NCBI RefSeq assembly: GCF_006345805.1
Contig: NW_021832983.1
Coordinates: 8,989 to 72,988, forward strand
Direction: 5' to 3'
DNA length: 64,000 nt
Source of the DNA: Octopus sinensis
Taxonomy: Eukaryota
Shown here: positions 51,617 to 62,994 of the stretch, piece by piece
Numbering within the stretch: the first letter of the stretch is position 1
Layout: each line of letters begins with the position of its first letter
The notes under the pieces: model-generated
The model's database searches: none
What the model was told of the DNA's origin: nothing
What the model saw: only the letters and a program-made list of their open reading frames with translations
Made by a program: the position numbers and the translations under genes

Positions 51617-52110
51617 TGAATTTCGCTGCAGTTGTCGGCGGGCGCGAACTCATTAAAATTAAAATAGAAGAAATACAAACCTATTTCGGATTGATCACCG
51701 GCAAAGACGGTGAATCTAGGATAACACCACCAAACCAAATAAAAAATTAAATTAAAGAAAAGACTATTGTCTATAAAGTATACAATGTAGAGAGAAAAAA
51801 ACGATTTGGACACCTGGAGGAAAGCACCATTGAAAAGTGTCTTGCTGCGACTATGAAAGATATCTAACCAGAGGCGGTAAATTCTCCACAATAGAAGCAA
51901 GCTTCGAGTCAACGGAGCGTGCAAGGGAGTACTCGACTCGAACTTTGCAAAGTGGAAATATTTTATTTTTACCTTTATATCTGGGACGTAGAACGTCCCG
52001 GATAAAAATTTAAAATGTCCCCCCAGAAGTAGAGCTAGGCTGGATTGTAGCCACACTTCTATACAAGAGGGAGGACAAGATACAATTGATCGAAATTGCA
52101 AGAGACGGGC
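51617..52110 (+). pseudogene. Decayed ORF1 (gag-like) fragment of an L1/Tx1-like LINE; putative 5' UTR from about 51140
   Basis: MNFAAVVGGRELIKIKIEE...KTIVYKVYNVERKKRFG...TRGGKFSTIEASFESTERAREYST...YLGRRTSRIKI*NVPPEVELGWIVA. Family assignment is inferred from motif style. Confidence 0.5.
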
Positions 52111-52262
52111 CTACAATTCCAGTCTGTTATATATTTTGAGTATTGTTATCACTAGCGATATCAAGATATAACTTTGTATTTTGTATTTTATGTGTAGATG
52201 TAGATATATATATATAGATGTACATGTAATATGTACACATACATATACACATATATACATGC

Positions 52263-52301
52263 ACTAGCACTATGACCCGGCAACGACGGGTCATAATGCT
52301 A

Positions 52302-52303
<2 letters not shown>
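52263..52303. mobile_element. 41-bp hairpin resembling fused Helitron/Helentron-type termini
   Basis: actagcactatgacccg-gcaacga-cgggtcataatgctagt (17-bp arms, 1 mismatch), lying between CA- and TA-repeats. Confidence 0.5.
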
Positions 52304-52332
<29 letters not shown>

Positions 52333-52350
<18 letters not shown>

Positions 52351-52510
52351 TACGACGGGCTTCTTTCAGTTTCCTCTACCAAATCCGCTCATAAAGCTTT
52401 GGTCGACCCGAGGCTATAGTAGATGACACTTGCCCAAGGTGCCACGCAGTGGGACTGAACCCGGAACCATGTGGATGATAAGCAAGTTACTTACCACACA
52501 GCCACTTCTG
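52333..52510 (-). mobile_element. SINE-B 5' half
   Basis: acgacgggcttctttcagtt...cttaccacacagccac. Confidence 0.88.
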
Positions 52511-52689
52511 CGACTGTAGATTCCTGAAGAGGAGACAATGAAACTGGGATAGCTACGCACAACTTGACCCCAATTAAAGCTCACAAGATGCTATTCCTAT
52601 CAACTGGGTTACTGATAGTGTTGTTGTTGTTGCTGCTACCGTTGTTGTTGTTGTTATTGGTGTCGCTGTTCATTTTGTTGTTATATCTA

Positions 52690-53092
52690 TTGCTTTACTA
52701 CCCACAAGGGGCTAAATAGAGAGGGGACAGACAAAGGGATTAAGTCGATTATATCGATCCCAGTGCGTAACTGGTACTTAATTTATCGACCCCGAAAGGA
52801 TGAAAGGCAAAGTCGACCTCAGCGGAATTTGAACTCAGAACGTAGCGGCAGACAAAATACATTTTTCTTTATTGCCCACAAGGGGCTAAACACAGAGAGG
52901 ACAAACAAGACAGACAAAGGGATTAAGTCGATTATATCGACCCCAGTGCGTAACTGGTACTTATTTAATCGACCCCGAAAGGATGAAAGGCAAAGTCGAC
53001 CTCGGCGGAATTTGAACTCAGAACGTAGCGATAGACGAAATACGGCTAAGCATTTCGCCCGAGTGCTAACGATTCTGCCTGCTCACCGCCTT
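52690..53092 (-). mobile_element. SINE-A1 dimer
   Basis: Two cccacaaggggctaaa...gaactcagaacgtagcg units plus one head. Confidence 0.9.
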
Positions 53093-53799
53093 TGTTGTTA
53101 TACCTGTAGTAGCCGCTGCTTTTATAATTGTTATTGTTGTCATTGTTTTGTTCTTGTCGTTGTCGCTGTTGATGTTGTTGTTGGATGATGCTGTTATTAT
53201 TATCATCATTATTGTTGTTGTTGTTGTTCTTCTCGTCGTCATCGTCATCGTCATCGTCCTTCTTGTTGTCGATGCTGTTGTAAAAATCTTTCCTGATCAA
53301 TCGTAACGCGAATGTCGTGTTTGGTGATAACATTATTATTTTTTTTTTCCCCAGTTCCATAAAGATGTTTTTAAGCTGTTAACTGTTGTATTGTGGAGGT
53401 TTAAATAGATCGTGCTGTGTTTACAAGATTTGCTTTCGTGAGTAAATTGCTGAGGTTTTTTCTTCTTGTTCTTTTATTCATTATATTTTTGTTTTTTGTA
53501 AAATATATTCTGTACGTAACTGTGACGTTGAATAGGAAGATAATAACAGTACATCGTCTGTTTATCATCGTCATTTTTGGCTGCCATTAATATTATTACT
53601 ATAATTTCTACTATATCGTGTATTTATCTGGAGGTTTTGTCAACACATAAATTTAAAAGTAGTTTTGAAAACAACTTACTATTTTTAGTATCGTTGCTTA
53701 ATAGTCGCTTTCACATAAGGTTCATATAATTCTGGGACCCTAACCGACATCGTTCGATTAGTGTTTAAGTTATAGACTCTCATTTTTTGTTGTTGTCAT

Positions 53800-53920
53800 A
53801 CATAATTTTCCAGACGTCCTTATCTAGTTTTATCATCCATTTTTAAGACCATAGAGTGTGATTTGAGAGAGAGCTTTGTTGCTATTTCTAGCGGATCGTG
53901 GGAGGATCCTTTGTTGGATC
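53800..53920 (-). mobile_element. SINE-like family D fragment
   Basis: gtgtgatttgagagagag...gctatttctagc, the reverse complement of the gctagaaata..a.ctaaatctccctc motif. Confidence 0.5.
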
Positions 53921-54909
53921 CCAGTAGCAATGGAAGTAATACTACTACTACTAAAATATATGGGAAAATGTCTACCGCTGTGATTAATTGGGTAAGACAA
54001 GCCAAAGGCAAACAAACCAATGCAAATTTAATTTTGCATCGCAACTCTTATCGGATCTTTTAACAAAGATCTTTTCCCCTTAAGCCATACTGTTTGCATC
54101 AAAGTACACAGCCATAAGATTAGATGGGTTCGAAAGTATAGCATACTCTAACGCGTTCCGTTTTGTTTCTTCCCTATAAAGTATGCTGGTTAGACAAAAA
54201 ATAACATGGGAAATCGTTCGATATTTCAATGGGTAAGAACGATTGTGCAGAGTTATGTGAATACGTAGAGCCATTTCTGCTGAATGAACTTGACTTAAGC
54301 AAGAGGGCTATATAGTGAGATTTAACGACGAATATCTTATAGAGATAAAAAATAAATTAGTTAGCAAGGGGCTTGGGGGAAGGGGTCGGTGATGGGTTAG
54401 TAGAGTTGTAATAGTGCGGATAGAATGTTTTGAGTTAATTGATTCGGTACCGCGCATTCTTAGTTTAAATCCTATAGAAGTCAACCTGTTTGTCATTCTT
54501 TCGGAGTCGGTAGAGTACTAGTCAAGTACTGGAGGTATTACCTCACATTCTGAATCTCTCAGAATTGCCACACACGAGAAAACATCTCTAAAGAAAACAT
54601 CTTACAATTTTTTGAAGAAAATTCCAGAAGAAATACACAGTAGTGGCCTTGGAAGTCATCATCGGTCGTTCGTTGATCTGAAAGCGCAAAGAAAAAAATA
54701 CTGATGTTTCGTCTAAAAAAACCTACCATAAAAATGAATAAGATCTACAAGAATTTTTTTTCTTATGCAATAAAAACATTGAAAAAAAGTTTGATGTCTT
54801 ACTATTTGTAAAATATAAGTTCGCCGTGTAAACTGGTAAAAAAACCTGATGTTTACATTGTAAAAATTCAGAAGCTTCTAGATATATCTAGAAAAATATT
54901 CAAGGTAAG

Positions 54910-55060
54910 TTTTCATTAGGCGTGCCATTCAGAAAGTTCTGCGAGCCGCAGTTTGCTCAAGACTGATATAGACACTCGACCTGCTAGAAACAGCAATCAA
55001 ATCGTTTGGTTTTACACCGTACTATCATGTCTACTTAAACCACTTCATCAAACAACATAG
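54910..55060 (+). mobile_element. SINE-like family D fragment
   Basis: gtgccattcagaaagt (also at about 61640) and cctgctagaaacagca. Confidence 0.45.
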
Positions 55061-55339
55061 TCCCATGATGGACCTCGTTCAAGGTGAAGAGGTCGCCTCT
55101 TCCCGGTGAACTGAAAAAAGGAAATTATTTTAAACTATGAAACTCAAACTAAAAAAGCTACATATAAAAGCATATTATAATTATATAATGGTTTGCACGA
55201 GAGTTTAGGACCATAGAAGATGTTGGTACAAGCTCCACAGGCAATTTTTGACTTTTTCCCATCCAACGGGTTTCAACTCAATATTTAACACCCTATAATT
55301 TATAATTTTTGCGAAGGCGGCAAATTTCCATAACAGAAT

Positions 55340-55515
55340 CTTAAGCATGCCAGGCAAAAAGCAGTTGCCTTTCGTCTGTCTTGAGTTCAAAATCTGCCGA
55401 GGTTGGTTTTGCCTTTTGGGGTCGATAAAATAAGTATCAGTTGAATAACGGGGTCGACGTATTCGACTGCCCATACCCCTAAATTGCTGGCATTGTACAA
55501 AAATTTGAAATCCTT
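55340..55515 (+). mobile_element. Diverged SINE-A2
   Basis: ccttcgtctgtcttgagttcaaaatctgccgagg...ggggtcgataaaataagta. Confidence 0.7.
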
Positions 55516-56518
55516 ATTAATAGCTTTTCTACTTCGAGTTCTACCGATAAACATAGTTTACTTGGAAAATAAAAATGTTCGGTTCAATTTCTATCTAGTT
55601 TTTAAAAAATTAAGCAGAAATTATGAAACTCTAAGCAGAGAATTCTACTTATAGCTAAGTAATTGAAAATTTATATTTTTCTTGATGTAAATGTAACAAA
55701 ACGAATTAGTAATTCGTTTTAGTAACAAAACCTCAAAAAGAAAAAATAAATTATAACACGCGTAATGTATTTGAAGAACCGGATCAAACAAAAGTTCTTT
55801 TTTTTTTTTGGTACAGTGAATCTCGAAACACGTAAAGCTATTAAATGCTATTACTTATAATTTTAGCTGTTTCAAGAAAGGATCTTTCCAAAAAAAAAAA
55901 AAAAAGAAGAAGAATTATTTCACGTTCTCTCGAAAGTTTATAAATTCCTACGATGTCAACAGCATACGATTTTCTTCTAGTAAGAATAAACTTTCTGAAA
56001 TGCTTACAGAGTTTGGTCGAATAGTAAAATGCCTCCACGTGTATCTACAGGATATTTGAATTCGAGTTTCACAAGCAGCGTTCGACTTTTCTAGTCATAA
56101 AGGCAGCATTTATATGCGATTATTCAGAACTTTTGTATGTTTCGAAATCTACTATTTTCAAATATATATATATATATATATATATATCGCATTCTCCCAA
56201 GAGTCTGTAAATTTTTATGACGTAACTGAAATTGTTTTTTTTTTTCTTTATAGAAAATATAGTTTTTCTGCTTAAATCACAGATTCTTCAGTAACTATTT
56301 AAAATTCCTTACGAAAAAGTTAAACAGCAAAAGAAAAATTATAAAGATGCTAGAGAGTAAAAATGGTGGATCTTCTGTATAAAAAATATGTTTATCGTGT
56401 TTAATTTTTTGTTAAAATCTTGTTCCGCAACAAATCCTGAGATAAGTTTGGGGTAAAGACACAACGAAATGTTTTTTTCTTAAAAATCAACCGATTAAAA
56501 ATTCATGACTTTTTTCTC

Positions 56519-56574
<56 letters not shown>

Positions 56575-57254
56575 ATGTATGTGTATTTTACTGAACAATT
56601 CTAAATTTAGGTACAACTATATATATAAGTACGGCTGTCTTTGTGTCAGTGTGTCTATCTATCTATCTATCTATCTATCTATATCTATATATATATATAT
56701 TATATATATATATATACATATATATATGAATGTATGTATGTACGCACGCGCTCGCACACACAAACACACACACACACACACAAGCACGCACATACACACA
56801 CATGTTTCTGTAGCTAAATTTAAAATTGTTAGGTAAAACTAAAGTTTTGTCAACTAAACTTAAAATAGAATATATAACCGTACAAGGTGAATTTTTATGG
56901 AACCAAAAGTTTGAAAATGCGAAGGATGTTTTGTGCGTAAAAAAAAAAACAACCTTTAACTCTACCGGTTGCTGAGAAAAACTTAAATTTTATCTCCAAG
57001 TCTTAAAGTATATTAAAGTTTGAAGAGAAAATTTTAAACGAAGGAAATTATTTGATTTATTGTTTAAATTTTTTTATGTACAACGAATGTAGCTTCTCAT
57101 TAAATATCTCAAATCCATTGATAAAGATTTAGTTTTCTTCCAAATTTTGACGAAATGACTGAGAATTTGCATTTTTTTGTTCGCGAAACAGGCACAGATG
57201 CCACACATATACGATCTCCTATATTGCTCACTTGCTATTAAAGCAGCAAATGCT

Positions 57255-58112
57255 TATTTCTTATTTCATTACTGCCCACAAGGGGTTACACACAGGGGGG
57301 TTAAACAAAGACAGACAAACGGATTAAGTCGATTATATCGACCCTAGTGCGTAACTGGTACTTATTTAATCGACCCCCGAAAGGATGAAAGTCATAGTCG
57401 ACCTCGGCGGAAATTGAACTCATAACGTAGCGACAGACGAAATACCTATTTCCTTACTACCCACAAGGGGCTAAACACAGAGAGGATAAACAAGGACAGA
57501 CAAACGGATTAAGTCGATTACATCGACCCCAGTGCGTAACTGTTACTTAATTTATCGACCCCGAAAGGATGAGAGGCAAAGTCGACCTCGGCGGAATTTG
57601 AACTCGGAACGTACGGCAGACGAAATACCACTAAACATTTCGCCCGGCGTGCTAACGTTTCTTATTTCTTTATTGCCCCCAAGGGGCTAAACATAGAGAG
57701 GACAACCAAGGACAGACAAACGGTTTAAGTTGATTATATCGACCCCTGTGCGTAACTTGTACTTAATTTATCGACCCTGGAAGGATGAAAGGCAAAGTCG
57801 ACCTCGGCGGAATTTGAACTCAGAACGTAACGGCAGACGAAATACCACTAAACATTTCGCCCGGCGTGCTAACGTTTCTTATTTCTTTATTGCCCACAAG
57901 GGGCTAAACATAGAGAGGACAAACAAGGACAGACAAACGGTTTAAGTTGATTATATCGACCCCATTGCGTAACTGCTACTTAATTTATCGACCCCGAAAG
58001 GATGAAAGGCAAAGTCGACCTCGGCGGAATTTGAATTCAGAATGCAGCGGCAGACGAGATAGCACAAGGCATTTCGCCTGGCGCGCTAACGTTTCTGCCA
58101 GCTCACCACCTT
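57255..58112 (-). mobile_element. SINE-A1 head-to-tail tetramer
   Basis: ccacaagggg-like anchors at about 57276, 57461, 57678 and 57894 (spacings about 185, 217 and 217 bp), with a single full head ending near 58112. Confidence 0.92.
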
Positions 58113-58252
58113 CTCACATTTCTCACATTTCTTGTTAGTCTGAGCTCAGTCATGCGAATGGATCCTGCAAGCACTTTCTTCTGGCTGTCTTTTTGTAATG
58201 TCATTTATTCTTTTCTGCTCTCTCTTCCCAGTTACTTCTGCACTTTTTTTAA

Positions 58253-58287
58253 CCATCTGAAGAATGATTAAATCCGAAACGTAATAC
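58253..58287 (+). ncRNA. Minimal PLE-type hammerhead motif with intact core and weakened stems
   Basis: ccau-CUGAAGA-au-GAU-uaa-AUC-c-GAA-ACGU-A-auac, after a pyrimidine tract. The downstream ttcattgagcatcaaac resembles the other pLTRs. Confidence 0.6.
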
Positions 58288-59681
58288 TCTTTACTTTTTC
58301 CAGTTTTCATTGAGCATCAAACTTAAAACATTGCTACCGAACATATCTTGCACGTGTATTGTTTTTCTTTTTTACAGCTGGCAGTTAAATTGAAATGAAA
58401 TTGGTCATAATGACGTTTCGTAACCCAGACATAGCATAACCAAAGATACGAAAGCGCATTTTACAGATATAAATCATTGGTAAAAAAACAACAAAAAACA
58501 GAAAAGAATTGCAAGATTCCTTCGCACAAGAAACAATTTGTTGGTAACTAAATTTGCATTTGTTTGGGTCATACTAGAGTTTAGCTAATAAAAAATAATT
58601 GAAAAAAATTATTTTTTGTTATGCTTTAACGCAACAAAATCATTAAAATATGTTATGGATTTCTGTCATTGTTCGTGTAAAAATTACAGTTTTGACTTGT
58701 TTTTCGTTATCAATTGTTTAATAATATTAGAATGTTGTCTACAAAAAAAAATCTAAACGAAATTATATGGCGACCATTTTTCCATGGCGCACCGAAGATG
58801 AAATATTATAAAATTTTATTATGTATTTTTTTTTTTATAAATTCATGTGACTAAATTAATATTTATTGTCTTTCCCTTAATTAAGTTTTGCCTGCAAAAC
58901 CTGGGTAGAACTAGAGAAAAAAAAAGACAGAAAATATTTCAATAAATATTTTTTTTTTTTTTTTTTTGCACAAACGAAGTGATTAAAAATTGTGTTTTTT
59001 CCCCTATAAATATATTTAAAAATTTCTCATCATATGAAAAATAGTTTTGCTTTTTTTTTTAGCCATGGTAGATTTTTAAACATTTGTTGTGGAATATTTC
59101 AGTTTTGCCTGCAAAACATTTACGAAAAATACAAAATAGATAAAGGAAGGAAGAATTTATGATATTCTCTGATACTTAATGTTGTTCTTGCTGTTGTTGC
59201 TGTGTTTCTGAAGAAGTTTATTTTTATTTCATTTTAATTTATTTTATTTTATTTTATTTTATTTTATTTTTCTTTATTTTTTTGGAAGAAAATGATTATT
59301 TGATAATATTTGACTTTTGGCAACAAAGCCATAGAAAGAGAGAGGAAGAGAGAGAGGAGATGAGAGAGAGAGGGAGAGATGGGAGAATGATATGAAGAGA
59401 GATATAGACAGAGGAGAAAGCGGGGAGAGTAGAAAGACATGGGAGAGAGAGAAGGAGAGCTAGAAAGCGAGAAAGCGACAGGGAGAGAGAGAGAGAGAGA
59501 GAAATTGCAAAGTGACATTCTTGATGCAACATAAATGAGTGAAAATTTTGTATTTCTGAAAGAAAAAATATCTTTTTTTTACAAAGTTAAAATTGTATTT
59601 CTATGATGCAGAATGAATAACTATCTATCTGTCAGTCTATCTCTCGTATCTCTCTCATCTCTCCCTCCTTCTCTCTCTTTC

Positions 59682-59721
<40 letters not shown>

Positions 59722-60044
59722 ATATATATATATATATATATATATATCTATATATATATATATATATATATCTATCTATATATAATACTATCTATATATA
59801 TATATATATATGAGTACTTAAATGAATAATTATTGTGTATTTTCTAAGGCCAGTGTATTTCGTGTATAGTTAAATAAATATTTGTGAAATAATTGTAATA
59901 GAAAAAAAATATACGTTGTGGTTAGTTCAATTAATAATTCATCTAATGTATCTATAAAGAAAAATAGTTTTTGACGAAGTTCAATTAATGTTTATTATGT
60001 AGCTTTAATGTAAATGAATATGTCTCGTGTGGTGTGAACTTAAC

Positions 60045-60200
60045 ATGCGTGGCTTAGTGATTAGAAATACTGGTCTAAGATACATATATTAAGGTCATGG
60101 GTTCAATTCCTGCGTGAAGTGATGCATTACGACCTTGAGTAAGGCACATCATTTCACATTGCTCCAGAGTGGTCAGCTGTTAAATGAGTACAATCCAACT
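60045..60200 (+). mobile_element. CORE-type tRNA-derived SINE (degenerate)
   Basis: gtggcttagtgattag...gggttcaattcctgc, then gaccttgagtaaggcacatcatttcacattgctccag. Confidence 0.6.
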
Positions 60201-60249
60201 GCTGAGGCAGCTCTTCCTCGCTCCTCCTTGATGTTTCCCTAAATCTAAT

Positions 60250-60345
60250 ATGCTTTTCTACTCTAGACACAAGGCCCGAAATTTTGGTGGAAGGGGGCCA
60301 GTCGATTGGATCAACCCCAGGACGCAACTGGTACTTAATTTATCG
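60250..60345 (-). mobile_element. SINE-A2 3' fragment
   Basis: ttttctactctagacacaaggcccgaaattttgg...aactggtacttaatttatcg. Confidence 0.8.
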
Positions 60346-60681
60346 TAAGAGATCGTGAACATCTAGGTAAGGCCCCTTCCTTAAAAAAAAGTCACGGCTT
60401 CCTTGAATTTTGAAAGGGGACATGAGAGGCCTTAGAGTAGTTATGTTTTCTTTGTATGCTCGCTCTTGGCGACTCTGTTCCTAGTCCTTAATTCATTCCC
60501 ATCTCCTCTCACTAGGGGCCATTTAAGCATCATTTCAGGACTGAATGCATCAAGACGTTTGCGTCCAGTTGTGTTTAACGTCCATATGTTGTAACTTAGG
60601 TGAGGGCTGAGGCTACTGGGGTGGATTTTAGTTGGGATCCTGATAAGGGTAGACTTGAAATACATTCAATAGTTGAGTATA

Positions 60682-60919
60682 CAGGGTTGACCAAAAGTCA
60701 CTTGACAGTAAATAAAAAAAAAACATTTAATTCTGAAAATATATTTATGTTTAACAACTGAATGAATTTAATATAAGCATCTAAATATGAGACATCATGA
60801 AAATTGTTGAAACTGAAGTTCTTGTAAGCATTCATAATTGAAATGAATAAATAAAATTGAATATTAAGTATTTATGGAATTTTGATTTACTGTCGGGTGA
60901 TCTTTGGCGGCCAACCTTG
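60682..60919. mobile_element. Tc1/mariner-type MITE (238 bp)
   Basis: Imperfect TIRs cagggttgaccaaaagtcacttgacagtaaat and (reverse complement) caaggttggccgccaaagatcacccgacagtaaat, with TA on both sides (60680-60681, 60920-60921). Confidence 0.75.
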
Positions 60920-60941
60920 TATATCTAGCATCGCATTGTTG

Positions 60942-61007
60942 CAATCTCTTCAGCGACACGTATCTCTACTTCCATGGAGGTAGATAGATGTGTCGCTGAA
61001 GAGATTG
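60942..61007. repeat. 66-nt imperfect fold-back with perfect 18-bp outer arms
   Basis: caatctcttcagcgacac...gtgtcgctgaagagattg, centred on the palindrome ccatgg. Confidence 0.92.
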
Positions 61008-61094
61008 ACAAAAAAAGAGAGAAATGACAGCATTAATATGATAAATTCTACTCCAGTATGTCACTGGTACTCTGTTTTAGTCAGTAAGTGTGCC

Positions 61095-61320
61095 TGTAAA
61101 TGAATGGTTAATCAGCCTGCTAGAAATAACACCTAAATCTCCCTCCTATTACACTGTGTCTTTAAAACAAAAGAAAGGACATATTCAATAATAATACAGT
61201 GTGATTTAAACTGCCTAAAAAAGATGGCACGATCAGAGTTGGAACGGTCTTCGATGACGGGCATGTCTATTGAACATTCGGGGCTGGTTGGCCTGGGGCT
61301 AAACGACATCAACAGTAAAA
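61095..61320 (+). mobile_element. SINE-like family D 3' part
   Basis: cctgctagaaataacacctaaatctccctc...ggcctggggctaaacgacatcaac. Confidence 0.55.
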
Positions 61321-61928
61321 GCAATAACATCTAATATATTATCGAACCCACTATACATACATATTCACACACAAAAACACACGCACTCATAAGTAACACA
61401 CACATACGCCAACACAGACACATACACCAACACACACACCAATACACACACTCACGCATACATACACATACACACATACATGCATACGCAAATAGGTCGT
61501 GGTACCGCTAAGATGCGGCTGAAAACCATTTCGTCAGCCGTGCCCAACACTTTCGAGAATCTGACCGTTTGAGGTATAAATCATCATGAGGCGGGCTGCA
61601 CTATGAAAACAAAATTTCAAAGTAATTTCTCTTCACGGTGTGCCATTCAGAAAGTGCCGCAGGCTTCAATCTGTTTATGACTGGTACAAACGTGTGAAAT
61701 TTGTAGATTCTGGTTTAAACTGACAAGGTCCTATTGGCCTGTCACTTTCTGTCAGCCTGACTTGCCTAACCGACTGTCTGTCTGCTTGCCTGTCTCTCTG
61801 TCTATCTGTCTGACTGATCCTCTGACTGACTGCCTGACTGCCTTTCTGTCTGTCTGACTGCCCTTCTTGTTTATCTGGCTGCCGATTAAGCTGGATGTCT
61901 AATTGCTTGTCTGTCTAACTAACTTTCT

Positions 61929-62162
61929 TATTTCTTTATTGCCCACATGGGGCTAAACATAGAGGGGACAAACAAGGACAGACATAGGGATTAAGTCGAT
62001 TACATCGACCCCAGTGCGTAACTGGTACTTAATTTATCGACCCCGAAGGGATGAAAGGCAATGTCGACCTCGGCGGAATTTGAACTTAGAACATAGCGGC
62101 AGACGAAATACCGCTGAGCATTTCGCCCGACGTGCTAACGTTTCTGCCAGCTCGCCGCCTTT
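61929..62162 (-). mobile_element. SINE-A1 (full length)
   Basis: Homology to other copies. Confidence 0.9.
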
Positions 62163-62313
62163 TCCCTCTAACTACCTGTCTGCCTGACTCCCTGACTCCC
62201 TGACTCCCTGACTGCCTGACTGCTTGCCTGTCTGTCTGTCTGCCCTTCTGTTTATCTCGCTGCCGATTAAGCTGTTTGTCTAATTGCTTGTCTGTCTGTC
62301 TAACTAACTTTCT

Positions 62314-62585
62314 TGTTTCTTTATTGCCCACAGGAAGGGGAGGGGCTAAACATGGTGGGGATACACAAGGACTGACAAAGGGATTAAGTCGATTACATCG
62401 ACCCCAGTCTTCTTGACTGTATATATGTCTGCCTGTCTCTACATATGACTACCTGCCTCTGTATTCTGGTATTTAATTTAACGACCCCGAAGGGATGAAA
62501 GGCAAAGTCGACCTCGGCGGAATTTGAACTTAGAACGTAGTGGCAGACGAAATACTGCTTACGTTTCTGCCAGCTCGCCGCCTTA
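62314..62585 (-). mobile_element. SINE-A1 with a 54-bp templated insertion and 16-bp TSD
   Basis: TSD gtctaactaactttct at 62298-62313 and 62586-62601. The insert is at 62409-62462. Confidence 0.88.
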
Positions 62586-62994
62586 GTCTAACTAACTTTC
62601 TGTTTGTCCATATGACTGACACTCTCTCTATTTGTCTGACTGCCTCTATGTTGCTTGTTTGTCTGACGGCTCCTGTTTGTCTGGCTGCCGATTAAGCTGT
62701 TTGTCTGACTGCCTACCTGTCCGTCTTTCTGTCTCCCCATCTGTCTGACGCTCTGGTTGTTTTTTTTTCTCTGATTGCCTGTCTGCCCGACAGCCTGACT
62801 GCCTCTCTGTCTGCCTATTTCTCTATCTGTCTTCTTGACTGTATATATATGTCTGCCTGCCTCTACATATGACTACCTGCCTCTGTCTACCTACCTATAT
62901 GACTGACTGTCTGATAGTCTGACAGCTTGACTATCGACCTATCTGCTTCTCTGTCTATATGTTTGTCTTGCTACCTACCTACCTGTAAGTCTGT

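Noticed and set aside
51610-52101. 163-aa minus-strand ORF
   Set aside because: Antisense shadow of the decayed plus-strand ORF1-like frame, with no recognisable motifs.
54872-54904. 33-nt plus-strand micro-exon candidate (KLLDISRKIFK|GTAAGT)
   Set aside because: Strong donor but weak acceptor, no supporting neighbouring exons, and the donor abuts a repeat fragment.
56255-56295. CTGAAGA-ATCTG...CAGA-AAAAC (minus); similar weak motifs at 52523-52555, 28003-28030, 8160-8192 and 38085-38125
   Set aside because: Too many core or stem defects to distinguish from chance in AT-rich DNA.
58379-58479. Plus-strand acceptor ttctttttacAG followed by about 100 bp
   Set aside because: Stops in all frames, and the pyrimidine tract is explained by the adjacent PLE-type repeat.
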